Assembly (NCBI GenBank): GCA_002313635.1
Contig: DCBY01000030.1
Location: forward strand, 3,368 to 67,367
DNA from: Fusobacteriia bacterium UBA1095
Lineage (GTDB): Bacteria > Fusobacteriota > Fusobacteriia > Bac17 > UBA816
Direction of reading: 5' to 3'
DNA: 64,000 nt
The notes below the pieces were generated by a model. That model was not told where the DNA came from. It made no database searches and saw only the letters and a list, made by a program, of their open reading frames with translations. The position numbers and the translations under genes were made by a program. Of this stretch, positions 8,990-18,254 are shown in pieces; the stretch's first letter is position 1; each line of letters begins with the position of its first letter.

Positions 8990-10611
8990 AGAAAAAAGTA
9001 TTAATAACATCAGCTCTGCCTTATATAAACAATATCCCCCATATGGGGCATATGGTAGGTTGCCACTTGCCTGCTGACATTTTTGCTAGGTACTGTAGAC
9101 AGAAGGGTTACGATGTAACTTTTGTCGGAGGTTCTGATGAGCATGGAACTCCATCTGTAATAGCTGCTGGAAAAGAAGATAAGAATATTAAGGATTTTGT
9201 GGATAATCTTCATGAGATTCATAAAAAGATTTATGAAAGAATGAATATTAGCTATGATATATATTCCAGAACATCTGATGAAGAGCATTTTGATATGACT
9301 CAAGAGATCTTTCTTGATATATATAACAGTGGTTATGTGGTAGAGAAAGAAGAAGAGCTATACTATTCTGAAGAAGATAAAATGTTCCTTCCTGATAGAT
9401 TTTTGATTGGGGAGTGCCCCTCCTGTAGGTCAGAAGCTAACAGTGATCAATGTGAATCTTGTGGTAAGGTGCTCTCATCAAAAGAGTTAGTGAACCCTAA
9501 ATCTATACTTTCAGGGTCCACCCCAGTCTTGAGAAAATCTACCCATCTCTACTTAGATTTAGCTAAGATATCTTCTAAATTGGATGAGTGGTTAGAGAGT
9601 AAGAGAGATATTTTCAAAAAAAATGTCTATAGTGAAGCAAAGAAGTGGATAAAAGAGGGTTTGAGAGCTAGATCTATAACTAGAGATATGTCTTGGGGAG
9701 TTCCAGTGCCTCTGGATGGATACGAGGGTAAGGTGTTTTATGTCTGGTTTGATGCTCCTATAGGTTATATGACTTTTGCTAAAAAGCTGGGTGTGAATTG
9801 GGAAGATCGGGAAATATTTCATTTTCTGGGAAAAGACAACATACCTTTTCATACAGTTTTTTGGCCTAGTATCCTTATTGCTGCTAATAGAAAGCTACCT
9901 TACAACGTTGTAGGTTACAACTATCTCACATTTGAGGGAGAAAAATTCTCAAAAAGTAAGTCTATAGGTGTCTTCTGTACTAACATCCATGATGAGAGTT
10001 TAGATATAGATATGTTACGTTTCTATCTTGCCTCTTGCTTACCCGAATCAAAAGATTCAGACTTTAGATGGAAAGAATTTCGGCAAGTTGTCAACAGTCA
10101 GCTTATAGGAAATGTTGCTAACTTTTTTAATAGAACTGTGAGTATGATTAATAAATATTTTGATGGTGAGATATCTTTATCAGAAATGCCGTCCTACCCT
10201 ATTCTTAGCGAAAAAAAGATTTTCTCTAATGATATTGGTATTTTATTTGAGAAAGGTGAGATAAGAGCAGGTATAAAGAAAATATTAGAATTTTCTTCTT
10301 TAGGTAACTCTTTCATTGATTCAAAGGAGCCATGGAATCTTGCTAAAACTGATAAAAAAGAGTTGTCTAAGGTATTATACTCCTGCTTGGATCATGCTAG
10401 AACTTTGGCAATTCTAATGAGCCCCATAGTTCCTGATAAAATGGCTACATTTTGGAAAGATCAACTCCTTTTGACAGATGTTCCGAGCAAACCTGGTTTA
10501 TGGAATTTAGAAGAAAATTTTCCTCTTATACATAAAATTGGCAGACCAAATCCTCTCTACAAAAGAGTTGATGAAGAGGAATTAACTAGAATAATTAATA
10601 TTTTGTCTTAA
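8986..10611 (+). CDS. metG: methionyl-tRNA synthetase, short form without the C-terminal tRNA-binding domain
   Basis: HMGH (HIGH) motif; KFSKS (KMSKS) motif; zinc knuckle CPSCRSEANSDQCESCGK. ATGA overlap with secA. Confidence 0.95.
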   Translation: MKKKVLITSALPYINNIPHMGHMVGCHLPADIFARYCRQKGYDVTFVGGSDEHGTPSVIAAGKEDKNIKDFVDNLHEIHKKIYERMNISYDIYSRTSDEEHFDMTQEIFLDIYNSGYVVEKEEELYYSEEDKMFLPDRFLIGECPSCRSEANSDQCESCGKVLSSKELVNPKSILSGSTPVLRKSTHLYLDLAKISSKLDEWLESKRDIFKKNVYSEAKKWIKEGLRARSITRDMSWGVPVPLDGYEGKVFYVWFDAPIGYMTFAKKLGVNWEDREIFHFLGKDNIPFHTVFWPSILIAANRKLPYNVVGYNYLTFEGEKFSKSKSIGVFCTNIHDESLDIDMLRFYLASCLPESKDSDFRWKEFRQVVNSQLIGNVANFFNRTVSMINKYFDGEISLSEMPSYPILSEKKIFSNDIGILFEKGEIRAGIKKILEFSSLGNSFIDSKEPWNLAKTDKKELSKVLYSCLDHARTLAILMSPIVPDKMATFWKDQLLLTDVPSKPGLWNLEENFPLIHKIGRPNPLYKRVDEEELTRIINILS

Positions 10612-10625
10612 TCTCCTTTTATTAA

Positions 10626-10654
10626 TTCAAACTTTTGAAGAATTTTGGTAGAAT
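10626..10654 (+). promoter_or_regulatory. putative recA promoter (TTCAAA-17-TGgTAGAAT, extended -10)
   Basis: Hexamer match by eye upstream of the RBS AAAGGAG. Confidence 0.35.
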
Positions 10655-10683
10655 CTACATATTGTACAAAGAATAAAGGAGAT

Positions 10684-11673
10684 ATGATTTTGAAAAAAGA
10701 AGATAGTAAAAATAAAGCTTTAGATTTAGCCATAAAGCAGTTGCATAAAGATTTTGGTGAAGGATCTATAATGAGGTTAGGTGCTAGAGCCAGACAGACT
10801 TTTGATGTTGTTTCCTCAGGTAGCTTGAATTTAGATGCTGCACTGGGTATAAACGGATTTCCTAAGGGAAGGGTAATTGAAATATACGGTCCTGAGTCTT
10901 CTGGTAAGACCACTATTGCACTTCACGCAATAGCTGAAGTACAGAAAAGTGGTGGTACTGCTGCGTTCATAGATGCTGAACATGCGCTTGACCCTACCTA
11001 TGCCAAAAATTTAGGCGTAAATGTAAGCGACCTACTAGTCTCTCAGCCTGATACAGGAGAACAAGCTCTAGAGATAGCCGATGTACTTGTTAGAAGTGGT
11101 GCAGTAGATATTATAGTTTTAGACTCTGTTGCTGCTCTTGTTCCTAAAGCAGAGATAGAAGGAGAGATGGGAGATGCTCATGTTGGTCTGCAGGCTAGGT
11201 TAATGAGCCAAGCGTTAAGAAAGCTTTCAGGAAATATATCAAAGTCAAATACTTTGATGATATTTATAAATCAAATAAGAGAAAAAGTTAACTCATTTGG
11301 TTATGGTCCTAGTGAGACAACAAGTGGTGGTAGAGCACTTAAATTTTATGCTTCAGTAAGAGTTGATGTTAGAAGAATAGGGTCAATAAAACAGGGTGAT
11401 AAAATTGTTGGTAATGAAGTTAAAGTTAAAGTTACTAAAAACAAGGTTGCCCCTCCATTTAGGGAGGCGCGTTTTGAGATAATATACGGAAAAGGTGTCT
11501 CTAGAGTAGGAGAGGTTATAGATTTAGCTCTTAATAAGGGCATTATAAAGAAAAATGGAGCATGGTTTAGTATGGGAGATGAAAAGCTAGGCCAGGGAAG
11601 AGAAGCGGTTAGAGCTCTTCTATCAGAGAACAGTGATTTGGTTGACAAGATTATAAAAGAGATAAAATCTTAG
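10684..11673 (+). CDS. recA: recombinase RecA
   Basis: GPESSGKTT Walker A; full-length RecA similarity. ATG at 10684 has RBS AAAGGAG; the ORF-track start at 10645 is a TTG with no SD. Confidence 0.95.
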   Translation: MILKKEDSKNKALDLAIKQLHKDFGEGSIMRLGARARQTFDVVSSGSLNLDAALGINGFPKGRVIEIYGPESSGKTTIALHAIAEVQKSGGTAAFIDAEHALDPTYAKNLGVNVSDLLVSQPDTGEQALEIADVLVRSGAVDIIVLDSVAALVPKAEIEGEMGDAHVGLQARLMSQALRKLSGNISKSNTLMIFINQIREKVNSFGYGPSETTSGGRALKFYASVRVDVRRIGSIKQGDKIVGNEVKVKVTKNKVAPPFREARFEIIYGKGVSRVGEVIDLALNKGIIKKNGAWFSMGDEKLGQGREAVRALLSENSDLVDKIIKEIKS

Positions 11674-11707
11674 TTTTGTGTTACAATTCAATAAAAAGGA
11701 GGTAAAG

Positions 11708-12289
11708 ATGAACATTGGAGAGAATTTTTATGAAGAATTGGATCTAATAGGTCTAGATAGTAAAATAGATATATTTCAAAATAATGATATAAAGAAAGTT
11801 GATATCAATAATTTTAAGGGTAAGTGGGTAGTTCTTTTCTTCTATCCAGCAGATTTTACATTCATATGTCCTACTGAACTTTCAGAACTTGCAGATAAGT
11901 ACAGTGACTTTGTTTCAGAAGGCGCTGAAGTTATCAGTGTAAGTAGAGATAGTGCTTTCGTTCATAAGGCTTGGTCAGAAAAGGATCCTAGAATAGGAAA
12001 AATATCTTATCCTATGGCTGCCGATGTAAAGGGTGATCTTACAGAGCTTTTTGACGTTTTTGAAGAGCCAAGAGGAATGTCTCTTAGAGCTACATTGATA
12101 ATAGATCCAGAAGGATTTATAGTCTCCAAAGATGTAAATGATAATAGCATTGGTAGAAATATAGATGAGATACTAAGGAAACTTCAAGCTGCTAAGTTTA
12201 CCAGAAGTAACTCAGGAGAGGTTTGCCCGGTTAATTGGACTCCTAAGTCTGATTCATTAAAATTACCGGAGCTATCTATACTAAAGTAA
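11708..12289 (+). CDS. typical 2-Cys peroxiredoxin (AhpC/Tsa family)
   Basis: FTFICPTEL peroxidatic Cys motif; GEVCPVNW resolving Cys; RBS AAGGAGG before ATG 11708. Confidence 0.9.
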   Translation: MNIGENFYEELDLIGLDSKIDIFQNNDIKKVDINNFKGKWVVLFFYPADFTFICPTELSELADKYSDFVSEGAEVISVSRDSAFVHKAWSEKDPRIGKISYPMAADVKGDLTELFDVFEEPRGMSLRATLIIDPEGFIVSKDVNDNSIGRNIDEILRKLQAAKFTRSNSGEVCPVNWTPKSDSLKLPELSILK

Positions 12290-13132
12290 ATGAAGAGAGT
12301 AGGAGCGCATGTAAGTGCATCAGGTGGGGTGTCCAAGGCCGTAACGAATGCAGCCAGCATAAATGCTAAGGCTTTTGCCCTGTTTGTTAAAAATCAAAGG
12401 CAGTGGTTTACTAAGCCTTTTGGAGAAGATGAGGTAGATAAGTTTAATTTTAATTTATCTAAGATTGATATCAGTAAGGATATGATACTGCCTCATGGTA
12501 GTTACCTTATCAATTTGGGTAGCCCTAAAGAGGAAGGTAGAGAGAAGTCGATTAAGTCCTTGATATTTGAGCTGAAGCTATGTAGAAGGCTTGGTATAAA
12601 AGCTTTGAATGTGCATCCTGGTAGCCACTTGAGAGAAATAAGTGAAGAAGAGTGTTTGGATAAGGTTGCTGAAAGTGTAAATATTGCAAACAAAGAAGTG
12701 CCAGAGGTTAAAGTTGTCATAGAGAATACAGCAGGACAAGGTAGTAATATAGGGTATAAGTTAGAACATTTGTCCAGGATAATAGAGGGGGTAGAGAATA
12801 AAGAATTGGTAGGAGTATGTATTGACACTTGTCATTCTTTTGTTGCAGGGTATAATCTTTTAAGTAGGGACTCTTCTAGAGCATTTTTTGATGAGTTTGT
12901 TGACAAGGTTGGAATTGAATTTTTGTCAGGCCTTCACTTAAATGACTCTAAGACTGAGTTAGGTAGTAAAAAAGATAGGCATGAAAGTTTAGGTAAGGGA
13001 TATATAGGTCTAGAAGTATTCAAATATATAATGAACTCTGATTACTTTGAAGACATTCCCTTAATTTTAGAGACAGTTGATCCCTCGATATGGAAAGAGG
13101 AGATAGAACTTCTTTATAGTTTGGTTGAGTAG
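12290..13132 (+). CDS. nfo: endonuclease IV (AP endonuclease, TIM barrel)
   Basis: MKRVGAHVSASGG N-terminus; HxxY / HLNDS / E..GxG motifs typical of Nfo. Confidence 0.9.
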   Translation: MKRVGAHVSASGGVSKAVTNAASINAKAFALFVKNQRQWFTKPFGEDEVDKFNFNLSKIDISKDMILPHGSYLINLGSPKEEGREKSIKSLIFELKLCRRLGIKALNVHPGSHLREISEEECLDKVAESVNIANKEVPEVKVVIENTAGQGSNIGYKLEHLSRIIEGVENKELVGVCIDTCHSFVAGYNLLSRDSSRAFFDEFVDKVGIEFLSGLHLNDSKTELGSKKDRHESLGKGYIGLEVFKYIMNSDYFEDIPLILETVDPSIWKEEIELLYSLVE

Positions 13133-13176
13133 TGTACTGCTTTAAATGAAAAATTTATTATATCAGAGGGGGTAAG

Positions 13177-13749
13177 TTGCCAAAGACATCCATTTTTAGA
13201 AAAATATCCAAGATAGCAGATCTCAATGTTGAGATCTGGAAGTTGAACAAGATAATTTCTCGTAACTCTAGCAACATAGAGGCTTTAAAAGAGTTAGGAG
13301 CAATATATCACTACATCCATGAAGATAGAATAGCTATTAGGATTTATGAGAAAATATTGCAGATAGATCCTAAGGATAGTGACGTGAGAGCATATCTAGG
13401 CTATCTTTACTACGAGATAGGTAATATGCAAAAATCTGTTGAAGAGTTGAATAGTTCATTAGATCTCAACCCTAAGAATTCTTTTGGTTACTTTTTGTTA
13501 GGGAATTCGTACTCAAGATTAGGATTAGTTAAAGAGGCTGTCAGAAGTTATGACATGGCTCTATTATTAGGGTTAGATGTATATAGAGCTCATATGGATT
13601 TTGCTTCGAAATTTGAAGACATGAACAGAAAGCATAGAGCACTGTTAGAGTATAAATCTGCTTATGAAGTTGGTCCTAAGAGCAGAAATCTTATGTTAAA
13701 GATAAGAGAGCTAGAGCTAAATGCTATGCCAACAAAAATTCGTATCTAG
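13177..13749 (+). CDS. TPR-repeat protein
   Basis: Repeated A..Y..G..Y / LGNSYSRLG TPR signatures. Confidence 0.7.
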   Translation: MPKTSIFRKISKIADLNVEIWKLNKIISRNSSNIEALKELGAIYHYIHEDRIAIRIYEKILQIDPKDSDVRAYLGYLYYEIGNMQKSVEELNSSLDLNPKNSFGYFLLGNSYSRLGLVKEAVRSYDMALLLGLDVYRAHMDFASKFEDMNRKHRALLEYKSAYEVGPKSRNLMLKIRELELNAMPTKIRI

Positions 13750-16220
13750 TGTAGGTAGAAGAAGATAGAAAAGACATGATAGGCTTGCGATCTTATAATG
13801 GCTGTGATGCTTGTATTTATGCTTGCATTGATGATGTGTAATATTTTGAATTGAAAGTCAATGCCACAGTTAACCATGGTATATATTTTTAATTCATCTG
13901 AAGCAATTATACCAGGAGTTACATTTAGAGATATTTTGTCCATATATAACATTGACTCATCTACTCCTGGATAAAACACAGACTCCGGTGATACACTTCT
14001 CTTTATGTCAATATCTAATTCAAGTTTGTAGTAAGAGGCTAATGCACTGGATCCCAAAATAGCCATTCTGTTTCCAACCAGTAGGCTTTTTTGTGAAATT
14101 TCTGATTTTAGGTAAAGATTAGGCATGCTTTCGTCACTGATGATTATGAGACCGTTTGAATTATACATTGCTTGGGTAGTAAAGTTATTGAACGAGAAAC
14201 CCACAGTGGCAGCAGTTGAAGAATTATCTGGTAAGTATTTGTTTGAAGAAAAGGAACTGTTTAAATCAATTGATGCCCACAGTACTACTGAGTTAATCTC
14301 TAAACCTAGGCGTTCTTTAATATCAAAATACATCTCTTTTAACATTGAATTAAATTCTAGCTCTACTCCAGATGAAAAAGCAGTACTCATACCTATTTTG
14401 CTTATAAAACCAGGAATGTTTAGTTGGGTCTTAGTTGATATTTTCCCCATCATGTTATATGCCATTTCTACGAATATACTTCTATTTGCTAGCTCTATGC
14501 CTATGGTTGGTTTGTTAGCAAACCTATTCTTAACTGCATGAAATGGTGCTATAGCGAAAAGGCTTATGATAAAGTCATTAGCTTCATTTCCTATGCCTTG
14601 CTTTATTTTCATCATATCCTGATCACAATAGAGGATAGGGAGTGTGAAATCTAACTTTGGTGAATATCTTTTGGAAGTAGGTGAGTTGAAGCTATGCTTA
14701 ACTGCATTGTATTCCTGCTTTATAATGTTCATTTCGTCTATGTATTCTAAATCAGTGAAGTATATGTGGGGAAAACCTTCAATGTGTTGATTAAAGTATA
14801 TTTTATCTTCTATCCTTACAGGATTTTCTATTGTATCACCCTCAATTATCTTTTTGACTTTAGAGTTATTGTCTGAGTATTCGTATAAGCTTATTTTAGA
14901 CCCCGTATCCTTCGTGAAGTATATCTTGCTTCCATATATGTATGCTGAGGGGTTAGATTCGCAAATTCGCTCTATTTTGCCATTTTCTAATTTGAAGAGG
15001 TATGTACCACGTTCATAATAATTTTTACCTATGAAGAAAATTCCTGCTTCTGAGAACATAAGATCGAAAAAGATTAGGTCACTATCTTGGTCTATTAGTA
15101 CTTTGCTGCTATTATCCTCTTTTATTAAAAGAGATTCTCTACCATTTTCTGTATTTACAAATATTACCTTATCTTCGAAGCTGGCGGTGATTTTGTTACT
15201 CTTCTGGTCTATTAAAGAACCGTTTATATATCCTAAAAATTTGTATTTCTGATCTGTTATTTGAAAATCAATAGGTAGGTTGGATATAAATACTAAAGTT
15301 TTTGTTAAATTTTCTCCATCAAATTTAAAGTATCTTACATTTGTTGCATTAGACACATAATATTGTTTCCCCTTGCTTACATCCATTTTTACTATCTTCT
15401 CTCCATCAGAAAAACAGAGGAATTTTCCTCCCCCAGTTAGGTGGTATGCAGTATTTTTTAAGAAGATTTCTCCTACTGGGGTGCTTTTTTCTACACTATC
15501 GTTCCACTCATAGACAATATTATATTTTTTTAGGTCAAAGAATCTTAACAGAGTTTTAGAATATGTATCTATTAGTTCTATCATTGCATCTTTTCCATAT
15601 CTCTTTTCATAAAAATTCATAAAGCTATAGCCTAGTTCATAGAGAAATACTCTACTTTCATTTATCTTTTCAAATGAAATTTGTGAAAAACTTTTGGGAA
15701 TGTTTGAAAATAGATTTGATTTTCCACGTCCCCTATCTTTGGTCAAGTGCGTTTCAAAGTATACAGCAGTGCCCTCATGCATCCACATAGGCGCTAAATT
15801 TAGTCTCTGGCTACCAAGTTTGATAGGGGATTTCTGAGCTAAAATAGAGTGAACAAGTTCATGCCTCAATATATCTTCCACAGGAGTTCCCATATTGCCT
15901 AAAGCAGTGTTAGGGAACATATATATACAGAGTGGCTTTACTGGAACTACGAAGGCATTAGCTAAGTCATTATGAGACATAATTATATTTATTCTTCTGG
16001 ACGGCTTAAATTTCAAAGCTTCAAATAGTTCTTCTGCAACATGATCAGCTTTTGAATTTAGAATATCTGCTTCCCTTTGCAGATCCTTATCATATATCAC
16101 TCTAAAATGTTTAGTCTCAAACTCTAGCCTTCTAGTTGTAGATAGAGAATCTAGAGAGCTAATAGAAAAAATTAGTGTTATCTTGATCAGTTTTGACTTT
16201 AATGTTCTTGCTATATTCAC
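13746..16220 (-). CDS. secreted HExxH zinc-metallopeptidase-like protein with central beta-propeller-like and beta-rich C-terminal regions (824 aa)
   Basis: Signal peptide MNIARTLKSKLIKITLIFSISS; HELVHSIL plus downstream EGTAVYFE (gluzincin-like); repetitive beta-strand-rich middle region. Confidence 0.6.
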   Translation of the reverse strand: MNIARTLKSKLIKITLIFSISSLDSLSTTRRLEFETKHFRVIYDKDLQREADILNSKADHVAEELFEALKFKPSRRINIIMSHNDLANAFVVPVKPLCIYMFPNTALGNMGTPVEDILRHELVHSILAQKSPIKLGSQRLNLAPMWMHEGTAVYFETHLTKDRGRGKSNLFSNIPKSFSQISFEKINESRVFLYELGYSFMNFYEKRYGKDAMIELIDTYSKTLLRFFDLKKYNIVYEWNDSVEKSTPVGEIFLKNTAYHLTGGGKFLCFSDGEKIVKMDVSKGKQYYVSNATNVRYFKFDGENLTKTLVFISNLPIDFQITDQKYKFLGYINGSLIDQKSNKITASFEDKVIFVNTENGRESLLIKEDNSSKVLIDQDSDLIFFDLMFSEAGIFFIGKNYYERGTYLFKLENGKIERICESNPSAYIYGSKIYFTKDTGSKISLYEYSDNNSKVKKIIEGDTIENPVRIEDKIYFNQHIEGFPHIYFTDLEYIDEMNIIKQEYNAVKHSFNSPTSKRYSPKLDFTLPILYCDQDMMKIKQGIGNEANDFIISLFAIAPFHAVKNRFANKPTIGIELANRSIFVEMAYNMMGKISTKTQLNIPGFISKIGMSTAFSSGVELEFNSMLKEMYFDIKERLGLEINSVVLWASIDLNSSFSSNKYLPDNSSTAATVGFSFNNFTTQAMYNSNGLIIISDESMPNLYLKSEISQKSLLVGNRMAILGSSALASYYKLELDIDIKRSVSPESVFYPGVDESMLYMDKISLNVTPGIIASDELKIYTMVNCGIDFQFKILHIINASINTSITAIIRSQAYHVFSIFFYLH

Positions 16221-16740
16221 TTTTCAATATCTCCTCTATGCCTTTTAGTGTTCCTGCTGTCGCACTAGGACAACTTCCACAGGCTCCTGTGTATGATATT
16301 GTTAATGTGTTATCTTCTAAATCTTCTATTCTTAAATCTCCACCATCACCCTGTAAAGCAGGTCTAACTTTATCATTTAGAATTTTTTCTATCTTTTCTA
16401 CTTCAGCTTTTACCTCAGGTGGAAATTCCTTTATACTCTCTCTTTTATCTTCTATCTTAAATTCTGGATCATGGAATGGCAAAAAATTCTCTATGATGTC
16501 TCTCACCTTGTCAAGCAAGGAAGACCATTTTTTATCGTTGCCCTTAGTTATTGTAATGAAATTGTCAAGCAGAAATACCTCTTTTACACCATCTATTTCG
16601 AATATAGCTTCTATCATAGGTATATTAGGAGCCTTATTGAACGCAACGCCCTCACCTACCCTGAAATCAAGATTAGAAATCATCCTAACTGCATTGGGAT
16701 TGGGAGTCATTTCATGTATTAGCATAATGTTTTTCTTCAT
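16159..16740 (-). CDS. nfu: Nfu/NifU-like Fe-S cluster carrier (Nfu_N + NifU C-terminal CxxC domain)
   Basis: TPNPNA N-domain motif; TGACGSCPS CxxC motif. True start may be the internal Met of MLIHEMTPNPN. Confidence 0.85.
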   Translation of the reverse strand: MKKNIMLIHEMTPNPNAVRMISNLDFRVGEGVAFNKAPNIPMIEAIFEIDGVKEVFLLDNFITITKGNDKKWSSLLDKVRDIIENFLPFHDPEFKIEDKRESIKEFPPEVKAEVEKIEKILNDKVRPALQGDGGDLRIEDLEDNTLTISYTGACGSCPSATAGTLKGIEEILKSEYSKNIKVKTDQDNTNFFY

Positions 16741-16765
16741 GAAAACATTGTATCACACAAATAAA

Positions 16766-16909
16766 CTAATCCTCTTGATTAAAAAGGAGTTTGTCCCATT
16801 TTTTGAAGTTGTGTTTCTCTCTACTTTTTTTACCAGCAGATACTTTAGATAGGTCAGCTTGTTGCCCACCAGACACTTTTGAAAGGTCTATTTTATTTTT
16901 TTTCTTCAA
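16766..16909 (-). CDS. mini-ORF B (47 aa, TTG start): LKKKNKIDLSKVSGG|QQADLSKVSAGKKSREKHNFKKWDKLLFNQED
   Basis: SD AGGGGG 5 nt upstream of the TTG. N-terminal 15 residues paralogous to mini-ORF A. Confidence 0.3.
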   Translation of the reverse strand: MKKKNKIDLSKVSGGQQADLSKVSAGKKSREKHNFKKWDKLLFNQED

Positions 16910-16911
16910 GA

Positions 16912-17061
16912 CTACCCCCTAATTTTTTTTATGAACTTTTTACCCAAAAAACTTAACCCATTCTCCTCTGCCTTATTAATTGAAAATTGATCTGGCATAG
17001 CAGGAGTTGATAACCCACCATAAACCTTATCTAAATCTATCCCATTTTTTATTTTTTTCAT
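16912..17061 (-). CDS. mini-ORF A (49 aa): MKKIKNGIDLDKVYGG|LSTPAMPDQFSINKAEENGLSFLGKKFIKKIRG
   Basis: SD AGGAGA 5 nt upstream of the ATG. Shares the KKxKNxIDLxKVxGG motif with ORF B. Confidence 0.35.
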   Translation of the reverse strand: MKKIKNGIDLDKVYGGLSTPAMPDQFSINKAEENGLSFLGKKFIKKIRG

Positions 17062-17149
17062 AAAATTCTCCTACTAGATTGTGCTACTTTATCCAATTAA
17101 AGTCAAGAAAAAATCTTTGCTAATTAAACAGTTGTAAACCCTGTATTTA

Positions 17150-17178
17150 TTGACATAATGACAGGATTATGTTATAAA
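17150..17178 (+). promoter_or_regulatory. sigma70 promoter TTGACA-17-TATAAA for the tRNA-Ser pair
   Basis: Consensus -35 at 17150-17155 and -10 at 17173-17178, ~9 nt before the tRNA 5' end. Confidence 0.55.
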
Positions 17179-17187
17179 TTTTGTAAT

Positions 17188-17276
17188 GGAGGAATGTCCG
17201 AATTGGCAAGGGGCCGGTCTTGAAAACCGGTGAAGCCCGAGAGGGTGTCTGGGTTCGAGTCCCAGTTCCTCCGCCA
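17188..17276 (+). tRNA. tRNA-Ser (anticodon UGA), long variable arm, encoded CCA
   Basis: Cloverleaf folded by hand; anticodon loop cuTGAaa. Confidence 0.9.
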
Positions 17277-17278
17277 TT

Positions 17279-17370
17279 GGAGAGATGGCTGAGTGGTCGA
17301 AAGCGCTCCCCTGCTAAGGGAGTATCTGCCTAAAAGTGGATCGAGGGTTCGAATCCCTCTCTCTCCGCCA
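17279..17370 (+). tRNA. tRNA-Ser (anticodon GCU), encoded CCA
   Basis: Anticodon loop cuGCTaa; long variable arm; TPsiC GGTTCGAATCC. Confidence 0.9.
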
Positions 17371-17483
17371 TTTGTTTATTAGAATTTCAAAATTAAGTTC
17401 AAAAAGTGTTTATAAAAAAATTATTGTTTTAAGTACATTTCTGGTTATAATTATTGTATACTTAATATTTTTTGGAGGATATA

Positions 17484-17876
17484 ATGAGTGCTTATTTAGT
17501 ATTTATGGGAATAATGGGAGCTCTGGATCTTGTTTGGCTCTCTGTGATGACACCAGCTTTTTATAGGAAGCGTCTAGCAGGAATTACAGACACTATAAAG
17601 TTTATACCAGCGATTTTGTTCTACGTATTGTTTTCTATAGCTGCAGTGATATTCGTTGTTACTCCTGCCGCTATTATGAATTTGAATGTCTATTTGACCT
17701 TTGCTTACGGTGCCTTTTTTGGCCTGGTTGCTTATGGAACATATGACTTAACCAATCAGGCAACAATATCTAATTGGCCAATTTTAGTTACAATAGTAGA
17801 TATGCTTTGGGGAGCCTTTGTTACAGGTATATCATCTGTTTTAACCATATACATATTCAAAACTTTCTTTCTCTAG
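17484..17876 (+). CDS. small polytopic membrane protein (130 aa, 4 predicted TM segments)
   Basis: RBS GGAGGA then ATG 17484. Hydrophobic segments MGIMGALDLVWLSV, AILFYVLFSIAAVIFVV, FAYGAFFGLVAYG, LWGAFVTGISSVLTIYIF. Confidence 0.6.
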   Translation: MSAYLVFMGIMGALDLVWLSVMTPAFYRKRLAGITDTIKFIPAILFYVLFSIAAVIFVVTPAAIMNLNVYLTFAYGAFFGLVAYGTYDLTNQATISNWPILVTIVDMLWGAFVTGISSVLTIYIFKTFFL

Positions 17877-17900
17877 CCTCTTTTTTTATTTTATTTAAAT

Positions 17901-17909
17901 TGATAGAAT
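17901..17909 (+). promoter_or_regulatory. extended -10 (TGaTAGAAT) upstream of tRNA-Arg
   Basis: TG-N-TAGAAT located 12 nt before the tRNA start. Confidence 0.35.
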
Positions 17910-17920
17910 GTTAATCAGAT

Positions 17921-17996
17921 GCGTCTATAGCTCAATGGATAGAGCACCTGACTACGGATCAGGGGGTTGGGGGTTCAAGTCCTCCTAGACGTGCCA
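17921..17996 (+). tRNA. tRNA-Arg (anticodon ACG)
   Basis: Anticodon loop cuACGga; TPsiC GGTTCAAGTCC; encoded CCA. Confidence 0.9.
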
Positions 17997-18003
17997 TTGT
18001 TTT

Positions 18004-18097
<94 letters not shown>

Positions 18098-18203
18098 TTA
18101 TTTGATTTATTAAAATTTAATAAAATTGAGACTTTGCTCTATTTAAATATCGTACATATAATTTAAGAAATACTACTGGTAGAGAGCTTATGTCAATTTT
18201 GTG

Positions 18204-18233
18204 TTGTAAATATTTATTACATTATGCTAGAAT
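18204..18233 (+). promoter_or_regulatory. putative infC operon promoter TTGTAA-18-TGcTAGAAT
   Basis: -35-like at 18204-18209; extended -10 at 18225-18233; ~22 nt before the infC ORF. Confidence 0.4.
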
Positions 18234-18254
18234 GCTAGGGTAGAGTTAATCTTT

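Noticed and set aside
10645-10683. TTG start giving RecA an extra 13 N-terminal residues ([13 protein letters not shown])
   Set aside because: No SD. The ATG at 10684 has a perfect AAAGGAG and matches the RecA N-terminus.
16193-16852. 219-aa plus-strand ORF
   Set aside because: Antisense to nfu and to mini-ORF B. Low-complexity Ser/Leu translation and no RBS.
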